Assembly (NCBI GenBank): GCA_038851755.1
Contig: JAWCKR010000018.1
Location: 1-24,540, forward strand
Origin: Candidatus Hadarchaeales archaeon
Lineage (GTDB): Archaea > Hadarchaeota > Hadarchaeia > Hadarchaeales > WYZ-LMO6
Direction: 5' to 3'
Length of the DNA stretch: 24,540 nt
Shown: positions 1 to 6,982 of the stretch, piece after piece
Layout: each line of letters starts with the position of its first letter
Position numbering within the stretch: the stretch's first letter is position 1
Translations under genes and position numbers: made by a program
Notes under the pieces: model-generated
What the model saw: the letters and a program-made list of their open reading frames with translations, nothing else
What the model was told of the DNA's origin: nothing
Databases searched by the model: none

Positions 1-191
1 TGGAAGCGGAGCTGGAAGCTTCTATCCTGACCAAGAACCTCGGATTGGACTTCGACGACGGTCTTCAGTATTTCGTGACCAAAAAGCTGGGTGCGGAGGC
101 CATTGTAAGCTTCGACCACACGGACCTGCGCAGATTGAACCCGGAGAAGCGCTGGAGTGAATTCAGGAGCCGGCCACTGGATAACACCTGA
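1..191 (+). pseudogene. 3' part of PIN-domain (VapC-like) toxin, truncated by window edge, probably decayed
   Basis: The frame from nt 3 reads EAELEASILTKNLGLDFDDGLQYFVTKKLGAEAIVSFDHTDLRR, matching the PIN C-terminal LDFDDA.QY...AIVSFD pattern. The usual SFDxxFD is shortened to SFD. The expected tail IEPGEALE* lies in another frame (134-160), and the in-frame stop is at 189-191. Confidence 0.6.
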
Positions 192-270
192 GACGAAGAA
201 GACGCACCTTCCCGTGCAGTTCTCTCCCCTTAATCCCGACGAGGTGGGCATCACCTCAAACCCTGCGGGC

Positions 271-438
271 TCACCCCTTCCTGAACTCCGTGTAGCCGCA
301 CCTTCCGCAGGACCACCTGTCCCCGTGCTCTGCCATGAAGACCCCGGGCCCGCACCTGGGACAGAACCTCTTCAGGGTCTTGAGCTTCCCCCCCTCCTCC
401 GCGTAGAACTTGGTCCTGGCCTGCTCACCCTTCGCCAC
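271..438 (-). CDS. rps27ae: 30S ribosomal protein S27ae (eS31), 55 aa, absent from the supplied ORF track
   Basis: Manual translation gives [55 protein letters not shown], with the [18 protein letters not shown] zinc ribbon. The GTG start overlaps the end of rps24e, the conserved gene pair. Confidence 0.96.
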   Translation of the reverse strand: MAKGEQARTKFYAEEGGKLKTLKRFCPRCGPGVFMAEHGDRWSCGRCGYTEFRKG

Positions 439-787
439 CCTTCTCACCTCCCTCCTTCTTTTCTTCCCCGGCCTCCGCCTTCTCCTCCTTCGCCCCAGCC
501 TTCTCTTCCTTCTTCACCCCGCGCTGGAGCAGGTGCCTGGGGGCGAACTTCCTGAGGACCTCCTCCGAGCGGTACAGGTGCGCCAGTCCCCTGGTGCAGG
601 AGGAGCCCTGGTGAGTCCTGAGCCTCCAGATCACCAGCATCCCCCCGTCCGCACCCAGCTGGGAGGCAAGCTGGGACCTGACCGCCTCGCGGGAGGGGGT
701 GGGCTCTCCCGGGTGGAGGACCTCGAACCTCACCTCCTCGCGTTCCACCAGCGGATTTTCCTTCCTCTCCAGCACCCTCAACTCCAT
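425..787 (-). CDS. rps24e: 30S ribosomal protein S24e
   Basis: [33 protein letters not shown]...GLAHLY signature and a Lys/Glu-rich tail. ATG at 787, directly upstream of rps27ae. Confidence 0.95.
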   Translation of the reverse strand: MELRVLERKENPLVEREEVRFEVLHPGEPTPSREAVRSQLASQLGADGGMLVIWRLRTHQGSSCTRGLAHLYRSEEVLRKFAPRHLLQRGVKKEEKAGAKEEKAEAGEEKKEGGEKGGEG

Positions 788-832
788 GGGAATCTCTCCT
801 CTTTCCTCCCCCACTTTTTATGATTTTGGAAC

Positions 833-1573
833 TCACCCGTAGATACTCTCCGGCCCCATCCTCTCCCTGGCCTTCATGGTCCTGTAAGCGTTCGCCATCT
901 CCTCCAGCCTCTTCTCCATTTCCTTCCCCTGCTCCCTGAGGGCGGATACATCGACCTTCAGGCCGAAGGAGTCGTTGAGGGCCTCCAGCAGCACGGCCGC
1001 CCCCTCGGCGTCGGGCAGGAAGAGGACGGCCGGGGTGAGGAAGGCGGTGCCCACGAGCTTGCGGTTGAGGCACTCGTTCAGGATGGCCCCGGCTATCCCC
1101 GTGATCACCCCCTGCGAGGCCATCTTCACGCCCTTACCCTCCAGGATCTTACATCGCTCCTCCTCCGCCACGCAGAGCTTGGGCCTCTCCTTGGGGAGGC
1201 CCTCCACGGGCAGACCCTCCAGCACCACCACCTCTTCCACCCCCTTACCCTCCGCCCACTCGAGCAGGCCGGAGGCGATGGGGTAGAAACCCTCGGGGGG
1301 GATGGGCACCTCGGTGAAGGAGGCGAAGAGCCTCCCGTCCCCGGTGGAGTAAATCCTGAAGGGGTGGTGCAGCCTTCCCTCCAGGAAGACGGCCACGGGA
1401 GGGAGGTACCTGGAGCGCAGGTGGGCGATCTCCTCCATCTTCAGCTCCCGAACCAGGTGGGAGACCGCTATGGAACCCACCAGACCAGGACCTATGAAGC
1501 CCAGCACCAGGAGAGGACGGTTGGGCTCCACCTTCTTCGTCTCCACGACCTCCGCTTCCGGAAGCTCGGGCAT
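833..1573 (-). CDS. PAC2-family proteasome assembly chaperone (PbaA/PbaB-like)
   Basis: GFIGPGLVGSIAVSHL, HPFRIY, GVITGIAGAIL and PDAEGAA motifs, followed by a C-terminal helix ending in the HbYX motif IYG. Confidence 0.9.
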   Translation of the reverse strand: MPELPEAEVVETKKVEPNRPLLVLGFIGPGLVGSIAVSHLVRELKMEEIAHLRSRYLPPVAVFLEGRLHHPFRIYSTGDGRLFASFTEVPIPPEGFYPIASGLLEWAEGKGVEEVVVLEGLPVEGLPKERPKLCVAEEERCKILEGKGVKMASQGVITGIAGAILNECLNRKLVGTAFLTPAVLFLPDAEGAAVLLEALNDSFGLKVDVSALREQGKEMEKRLEEMANAYRTMKARERMGPESIYG

Positions 1574-1656
1574 CGTCTATCTCTCCCTTTTTTCCTTAAA
1601 TCCCTTGGACTCCGCCCACCGGTGGTAGAGTTAAAGAGAGGAGGAGTATCTTTTAC

Positions 1657-1747
1657 GGGGTCGTGGGGTAGCCTGGTCTATCCTGCCGGCTTCGGGACTC
1701 CCGCGGAAAAGCCGGTGACCTGGGTTCAAATCCCGGCGACCCCACCA
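1657..1747 (+). tRNA. tRNA-Pro(CGG) with 13-nt intron (1697-1709) at position 37/38, CCA encoded
   Basis: Acceptor stem GGGGTCG/CGACCCC plus ACCA, anticodon stem CCGGC/GCCGG, anticodon CGG at 1693-1695, T-loop GGTTCAAATCC. The intron ACTCCCGCGGAAA forms a bulge-helix-bulge (TTCG pairs with CGGA). Confidence 0.95.
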
Positions 1748-1760
1748 CATGGTTTTAACC

Positions 1761-1792
1761 TAGGTATTAACCTCAGTACATACCTATAAATA
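1761..1792 (+). promoter_or_regulatory. TA operon promoter: TATA box with overlapping inverted repeat (putative autoregulatory operator)
   Basis: TAGGTAT-N12-ATACCTA (1761-1786) overlaps TATAAATA (1785-1792), about 30 nt before ATG 1822. Confidence 0.6.
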
Positions 1793-1821
1793 CGGAGCAA
1801 CCACATTTATTGGTGTTCTCA

Positions 1822-2112
1822 ATGGCCGGACGAATGGTGGGTGTAAAAGAAGCCCACCGAAAATTGCCCAAGCTGCTTCGCGAGGCAGAGACCGGAAAGC
1901 AGATTGTCGTGAGCAAGAGGGGAAAACCTGTTGCTGTGTTAATCGGGGTGAAAGAGTATAACAGCGTAATGGCTACTCTGGAGGAGATGGCAGACCCAGC
2001 AGCGTTGAGAGCGTTGAGAGAAGCCCAAGAGGACTCAGCGGCGGGAAGAGTCTACACCTACGAAGAGGTTTTTGGTCATCCGCCTCCACGCCTGAGAAGA
2101 GAGATGAAATAA
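1822..2112 (+). CDS. Type II antitoxin, Phd/YefM family
   Basis: VGVKEAHRKLPKLLREAETGKQIVVSKRGKPVAVLIGVKEYNS is a Phd/YefM N-terminal domain, and the C-terminus reads GRVYTYEEV. It sits upstream of a RelE-like gene. The start could be 1822 or 1834. Confidence 0.9.
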   Translation: MAGRMVGVKEAHRKLPKLLREAETGKQIVVSKRGKPVAVLIGVKEYNSVMATLEEMADPAALRALREAQEDSAAGRVYTYEEVFGHPPPRLRREMK

Positions 2113-2137
2113 TCCTTGGGCTCGCCATGCCTCCAAA

Positions 2138-2389
2138 ATGACTGAAATCACCTTCACGAAGAGGGCGCTACGAGACGTAAAAAAGTTACCCGAAAAAGCT
2201 AGGCGCCAGATAGAGTTAGCGATAGACGAACTGTTCGACAACGTGCGTGCGGGTGACAAGCTTCACGGCGAGTGGGAAGGATGCTGGAAACTACGGGCCG
2301 GGGATTACAGAATCATTTACAAAATAAAGAGCGAAACCTCAGTGGAAATCCAGTATGTTAGACACAGAAGAAAGGCTTACCGAGCGTAG
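2138..2389 (+). CDS. Type II toxin, RelE/ParE family
   Basis: 83 aa and basic, with FTKRALRDVKKL, KLHG, WKLRAGDYRIIY and VRHRRKAY motifs. Confidence 0.92.
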   Translation: MTEITFTKRALRDVKKLPEKARRQIELAIDELFDNVRAGDKLHGEWEGCWKLRAGDYRIIYKIKSETSVEIQYVRHRRKAYRA

Positions 2390-2411
2390 ATCAATCCGTG
2401 CTACTCGACCG

Positions 2412-2430
2412 AAATCCGGAAACCCCATCA
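2412..2430 (+). repeat. Degenerate direct repeat of the tRNA-Pro 3' end (att-like scar)
   Basis: AAATCC-GGAAACCCCATCA versus tRNA 1728-1747 AAATCCCGGCGACCCCACCA gives 16/20 identical by manual alignment. It lies at the right edge of the lower-GC islet. Confidence 0.55.
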
Positions 2431-2437
2431 CCGAGCT

Positions 2438-3169
2438 TCAGAGGTCTGGAACCTCTCCCTCCTCCAGGGCGGCCTGGAAGGTGGCGTTCGCGGCCTCCAC
2501 GTACTGGTCGAGGGGCATCAGTTCCCTCTCCACCCTCCTCTGCAGCTCCTCCGGGATCCTTCCCTCCCTGACCAGCCTCCTGCCCGCTTCCCTGCAGGCC
2601 TCGAAGAGGTCGTCCAGCGGAAGACCCAGCCTGAGGAGAAGCCTCAGACCCCCTCCGTGCGGGCGAAGGAGGGCACCGGCGAACTCCCTCCCCGCGTTCT
2701 TACACATCGCCTTCGCGTGCTCCAGCACGGGGTTGAAGTTGTCCCTCTCCCAGAAGCCGCACGTGGCCACCAGCACCACCTTCCCTCCCTTCACCCCCTC
2801 CCTGAGCGGGTGCCTGCAGTGCCCCTCCCTCAGCTCGAAGAAGGGCTTCATGAGGGGGAGGAAGCGATCTATCATGGTCTTGAGGGGACCGGGCATGCCG
2901 TCCACGTAGAGGGGGAAGGCAAACACCCAGATGTCCGCCTCTCCTAGCTTGGGATAAAGAAGGTTCATGTCGTCATCCTGCACGCACTTCCCTGGGGTCT
3001 TCGTCCAGCAGGCGAAGCTCCCGTCGCAGGGTTTGATCTTCAGTCTGTTCAGGTAGAAGAGTTCCACCTCCGCCCCCTCCTCCCTCATCCCCTCCAGCAA
3101 GGGTTTGAGAAGGAGGTCGGTGTTCCCGTTCTCCCCCCTCGGGCTCGCGTTGAAGGCCAGCGCCTTCAT
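2438..3169 (-). CDS. Flavodoxin-family iron-sulfur flavoprotein (Isf / NADPH-dependent FMN reductase-like)
   Basis: MKALAFNASPR..GNT FMN-binding loop, KIKPCDGSFACWTKTPGKCVQDDDM and FAFPLYVDGMPGPLKTMIDR. Confidence 0.88.
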   Translation of the reverse strand: MKALAFNASPRGENGNTDLLLKPLLEGMREEGAEVELFYLNRLKIKPCDGSFACWTKTPGKCVQDDDMNLLYPKLGEADIWVFAFPLYVDGMPGPLKTMIDRFLPLMKPFFELREGHCRHPLREGVKGGKVVLVATCGFWERDNFNPVLEHAKAMCKNAGREFAGALLRPHGGGLRLLLRLGLPLDDLFEACREAGRRLVREGRIPEELQRRVERELMPLDQYVEAANATFQAALEEGEVPDL

Positions 3170-3203
3170 CTGAAATGTTTCTCCCGCTGGGATAAAAATC
3201 CTC

Positions 3204-3602
3204 TCAGGACTCAACCATCTCCAGAGCGCGAACGGGACAAGCCGTGAGGCAGAGACCGCAGTAAACGCATTTCTCCTCCTCCAGCCTCAGGGAGTAGTCC
3301 TCCCCCAGGCGAAGGGCGCCGGTGGGGCAGAGGGAGACGCAGGCTCCGCAGTCCGTGCAGCTCTCCCTCCTCAATCCTATCCTGCGCCTCACCTCCCGCA
3401 GCTCCACCCCCTTTTCCCTCAGGAAGGGACTCCCCCTCAGAACCTCCACCTCATCCTCCTCCAGGCTGATCAGCACCTCGCTCCCCCTGGAGGTGAGGTC
3501 CGCGCGCAGGAGGTGGGGGAGGAGGCCCGTCTCCCTCACGAGTTCCGCCAGAAGGGATCCCGCCCTTTCCCCCCCACACCTCAGCAGGACTTTCCTCCTC
3601 AC
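3204..3602 (-). CDS. NIL domain + 2x[4Fe-4S] ferredoxin (partner of DUF39 homocysteine synthase, MA1822/MJ0099-like)
   Basis: CTDCGACVSLCP and CVYCGLCLTACP motifs follow a ~70-aa NIL-like domain. The start overlaps the stop of the DUF39 gene (GTGA). Confidence 0.88.
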   Translation of the reverse strand: MRRKVLLRCGGERAGSLLAELVRETGLLPHLLRADLTSRGSEVLISLEEDEVEVLRGSPFLREKGVELREVRRRIGLRRESCTDCGACVSLCPTGALRLGEDYSLRLEEEKCVYCGLCLTACPVRALEMVES

Positions 3603-5101
3603 TGTCTCCTCCTCCCCACCAGCCTCGAGAGGTCGTCGCTCGTCAGGACGCCCGTTACCTCACCGCGCTCGTTCACCACCGGCACCCCGGAGATTCCGTG
3701 GAGCTCCAGGGACCTCGCGACCGAGTCCACGGGCTCGTTCTCCCTGGCCGTGACCACCTTCCTCGTCATGATCTCCGACACCTTCACCTTCCCCGTGCCC
3801 ACCGAGGTGGCGATGTCCCAGGAGGTGATGATGCCCACGAGTCTGCGTTGCTCGTCCACGACCGGCAGGTGGTCGAAGCCCTTCTCGGCCAAAATCCTGG
3901 CGGCCTCTGCAACGGAGCAATCCGGACCCACCGTCACCACCTGCTTGGTCATCACCTCACCGGCCAGGGGAACGGGCGCCATCTCCTTCATCGGTTTGAG
4001 GATCCTGTCCGTGGGCAGCCTCTCCACCGGCTCGGAAAGCAGAAACTCACCCTTCTCTATCCACTTCTTGAGAAGCTCGGCAATCTCCCTCGCCATCCTG
4101 AAGCTGCTCAGGGGACTGACGGGCACCTCCTTCTTCCCCACCACTACCCTCCCGGACCTGAGCTCGGCGTAGGTGACCTCCCTCACCACGGGTCTCTCCC
4201 TCCTGGGGACTCCGTAGTCCAGCAGGTTGGTCCTGAGCTGGCTCTCATCCATCCCAGCGGTCCTGGCCACCTCCTCGTCCAAGATGGGAATGGGTATCCC
4301 CAGCCCCACGTAGAGGGAGGTCCCGTACCTGTGGATGGTGCACCCCCTCAGGTACCTGGCATCCATCCGCTTCAGGTCCCCCACCACGGCTATGGTGCCA
4401 AGGCCCTGCCCCGGCAAATGCTGGGTGCCCTCCCAGGCTATGTAGCCCCGCGTCCCCCCGAGGAAGATCCGCGTGCCCACCCCGATAGTCCTGTACCCAG
4501 GGTCCCTCCCCAGGGGCCCAAGCACGCCCGCGCCGGAGAAGGTGACGTTGCCGTAGTCGGGGAGGAGTGTGCCCATGTAGGTGTAAATCGTTTCATCGCG
4601 CGAGTTGGTGGCCGCGTTGTACCTCTGGTAGGCGGTGCGCGGGCAGTAGAGCACGGCCTGATTGAGGTCGTGGAGGGTGACGGTGGTATCTATTTCCCTC
4701 CGGGGATAGCAGTCGGTGCCGTAACTCCTCCCCCTCAGCTCCACCTCCTTCCCCCTGACCAGGTCCTCTATGACATGACCCCCTCCGTACTCCATCCCCC
4801 TCGTCCTGGACATGGAGGTGGCACCAAGGTAGACGTCCACGGCAGCCAGGCCCGCGTAGGCCGGGACATCGTTCAGGTAGACCTCACCCCCTCCCAGCTT
4901 GATGGGTGGGTCGGCATGCCCGAAGTTCAAAAACACCCCGGAGCTGCACATCGCCCCGAAGGTGCCCGTGGTCACCACGTCCACCTCCTTCGCCGCGACG
5001 GCCGCCCCCTTCTCCCTCACTATCTCCACCATCTCCTCTGCCGTCACGACCACTGCCTCCCCCCGGCGGATCTTCTCGTTTATCTCCGCGATGGACTTCA
5101 G
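3599..5101 (-). CDS. DUF39 + CBS-pair homocysteine biosynthesis protein (L-aspartate semialdehyde sulfurtransferase, MA1821/MJ0100-like)
   Basis: VDVVTTGTFGAMCSSG, YGGGHVIEDL, GTDCYPR, TIYTYMG and GIPIPILDEE motifs, with two C-terminal CBS repeats. The conserved N-terminus KSIAEINEKIRRGEAVVVTAEEM extends to a CTG at 5101, whereas the first canonical start is GTG 5053. Confidence 0.93.
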   Translation of the reverse strand: MKSIAEINEKIRRGEAVVVTAEEMVEIVREKGAAVAAKEVDVVTTGTFGAMCSSGVFLNFGHADPPIKLGGGEVYLNDVPAYAGLAAVDVYLGATSMSRTRGMEYGGGHVIEDLVRGKEVELRGRSYGTDCYPRREIDTTVTLHDLNQAVLYCPRTAYQRYNAATNSRDETIYTYMGTLLPDYGNVTFSGAGVLGPLGRDPGYRTIGVGTRIFLGGTRGYIAWEGTQHLPGQGLGTIAVVGDLKRMDARYLRGCTIHRYGTSLYVGLGIPIPILDEEVARTAGMDESQLRTNLLDYGVPRRERPVVREVTYAELRSGRVVVGKKEVPVSPLSSFRMAREIAELLKKWIEKGEFLLSEPVERLPTDRILKPMKEMAPVPLAGEVMTKQVVTVGPDCSVAEAARILAEKGFDHLPVVDEQRRLVGIITSWDIATSVGTGKVKVSEIMTRKVVTARENEPVDSVARSLELHGISGVPVVNERGEVTGVLTSDDLSRLVGRRRQ

Positions 5102-5131
5102 GTGACCACCGTGCTGGGTTTCGTAGAGCCG

Positions 5132-5168
5132 TATTTATACCTTTCTTAGTGAAATAACTAGCAGTTAT
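5132..5168 (-). promoter_or_regulatory. BRE/TATA promoter of the DUF39 operon with upstream inverted repeat
   Basis: The minus strand reads AAGAAAGG-TATAAATA (TATA 5139-5132). ATAACT-AGC-AGTTAT lies at 5154-5168. Confidence 0.65.
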
Positions 5169-5250
5169 AAAAAGAGGGAAAAGACCCATAGCGGGTTATA
5201 TCCCGTGCTTCCCCCTGAAAACCTTAAGGGAGAAAGCGGTTAGAAGGTTT

Positions 5251-6183
5251 GTGGACCCGCAGGAGCTGAGGGATAGGATAGTGAAGTTGAAGAGGGAGAA
5301 GAAGGCCGTAATCCTGGCCCACAACTACCAGAGGCCGGAGGTCCAAGACGCGGCGGACTTCGTGGGCGACTCCCTGGAGCTGGCCAGGGCGTCCAGCGGG
5401 GTGGAGGCGGAGCTGGTGGTGTTCGCCGGAGTGGATTTCATGGCGGAGACGGCGGCGATGCTCAACCCCGAGAAGAAGGTGGTGATACCTGATCCGGAGG
5501 CCAGATGCCCCATGGCCTCCCAGCTCCCTCCCCAGCTGGTGAGGGAGGCCAGGAAGAAGCACCCGGAGGCGGCCGTGGTGCTGTACGTCAACACCCTGGC
5601 CGAGGCCAAGGCCGAGTCCGACGTGGCCTGCACCTCCGCCAACGCCCCCCAGATCGTGAACGCCCTGGACGAGGACACGGTGATTTTCGGACCGGACCGC
5701 AACCTGGCCTGGTTCGTGCAGCAGCGCACCTCCAAAAAGGTCATACCCCTGCCCCAGGACGGGCACTGCTACGTGCACAGGATGTTCTCCGCCGCCGACG
5801 TGGCCCTGCTGAAGGAGCGCTACCCCGATGCCGAGGTGCTGGTGCACCCGGAGTGTGACCCGGAGGTCCAGCGGCTCGCCACCCACCTCTGCAGCACGAG
5901 CCAGATGCTCAGGAGGGCCAGGGCCTCCCCCGCCAAGAGGTTCATCATAGCCACGGAGGTGGGCATGCTTGAGAGGCTCAGGAAGGAGAATCCCGGGAAG
6001 GAGTTCATACCCGCTTTGGACTCCGCCATCTGTCTGGAGATGAAGAAGCACACCCTGGAGAAGGTCTACCTCTCCCTGAGGGACGAGAAACACGTGGTGA
6101 GGGTGCCCGAGGAAATAGCGGCCAGGGCAAGGAGAACCATAGAGCGGATGCTGGAGATCTCGGGGAGGGCTACCCACGACTGA
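5251..6183 (+). CDS. nadA: Quinolinate synthase
   Basis: ILAHNYQRPEVQDAADFVGDSLELA, FMAETA, ARCPMA, YVNT, CTSANA, FGPDRNL, CYVH, HPEC, ATEVG and AICLEMKK motifs. All three cluster Cys are present. Confidence 0.97.
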   Translation: MDPQELRDRIVKLKREKKAVILAHNYQRPEVQDAADFVGDSLELARASSGVEAELVVFAGVDFMAETAAMLNPEKKVVIPDPEARCPMASQLPPQLVREARKKHPEAAVVLYVNTLAEAKAESDVACTSANAPQIVNALDEDTVIFGPDRNLAWFVQQRTSKKVIPLPQDGHCYVHRMFSAADVALLKERYPDAEVLVHPECDPEVQRLATHLCSTSQMLRRARASPAKRFIIATEVGMLERLRKENPGKEFIPALDSAICLEMKKHTLEKVYLSLRDEKHVVRVPEEIAARARRTIERMLEISGRATHD

Positions 6184-6223
6184 GGGAGAAAGCACCGGCA
6201 TAAACACTAGGAAGATCCTGAGG

Positions 6224-6982
6224 GTGGACCTCTCCAGGGGAAGGAAGGAGGAGGTCGAGGACTATGTGGCTACCGACCGCCTCGTCCGCCTCCTCCTGAA
6301 CGGGGAGCCCCTCCTCACGCTGGTGGCCACACCTTCCCACTTGAGGGAGCTGGCGCTGGGGCACCTGCTGGGTGAGGGTCTCCTGCGGAGGAGGGAAGAG
6401 GTGGAGGAGGTGAAGGAGAAGGGGCTGGAGGTCCATGTAAGGCTGAGGAGAAAACCGTCCCCCCTCCGTCACCGCGCCACGTCCACCCCTTCGTGTGGGG
6501 CCTCCGACCCCGCCGAGCTGTACTCCAAGTTGCTGGAGGAGGGTCTCCCCAGACCGAAAGATACACGCTTCGGGGCCAAAGCCGTCTCCGAGGCCCTGGG
6601 GAGCCTCCACTCATCCACGGGAATCTTCAGGAGGACCGGAGGAACGCACGCCGCCGCCCTCTTCACGAGGGAGGGGAAGATGGAGGTGTGCCTCGAGGAC
6701 GTGGGGCGACACAACGCGGTGGACAAGGTGCTCGGGTGGGGGCTGGAGAGAGGGGTGGACTTCGGCGAGAGCTTTCTTGGGTTCACGGGGAGGGTGCCGG
6801 CGGAGGTGGTGGCCAAGTGTCTGAGGGCGGGAATCCCGCTGCTGGCCTCCCTCTCCGCTCCACTAGAATCCGGGATAAACCTGGCCGAGGCGGGGGGGCT
6901 GACCCTGGTGGGCTTCGCCCGAGGCTCCCGCCTGAACGTCTACGCCCATCCGGAGCGCCTGGTTTTCGACTCTGAGGCCTAG
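6224..6982 (+). CDS. fdhD: Formate dehydrogenase accessory sulfurtransferase FdhD
   Basis: ELALGHLLGEG, SCG, FRRTGGTHAAALF, EDVGRHNAVDKVLG, TGRV and TLVGFARG..LNVY motifs. The true start may be upstream (ACG 6176). Confidence 0.93.
   Translation: MDLSRGRKEEVEDYVATDRLVRLLLNGEPLLTLVATPSHLRELALGHLLGEGLLRRREEVEEVKEKGLEVHVRLRRKPSPLRHRATSTPSCGASDPAELYSKLLEEGLPRPKDTRFGAKAVSEALGSLHSSTGIFRRTGGTHAAALFTREGKMEVCLEDVGRHNAVDKVLGWGLERGVDFGESFLGFTGRVPAEVVAKCLRAGIPLLASLSAPLESGINLAEAGGLTLVGFARGSRLNVYAHPERLVFDSEA

Noticed and set aside
241-257. Hairpin GAGGTG-N5-CACCTC downstream of rps27ae
   Set aside because: Only 6 bp, with no convincing C/D boxes, SECIS context or T-tract, so a function cannot be supported.
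157-823. Pro-rich and Leu-rich + strand ORFs
   Set aside because: They lie opposite rps27ae and rps24e, and the low complexity mirrors the purine-rich coding strand.
3698-5149. 483-aa ORF on +
   Set aside because: Antisense shadow of the DUF39-CBS gene. It is His/Pro/Gly-rich with no motifs, as expected from high GC3.
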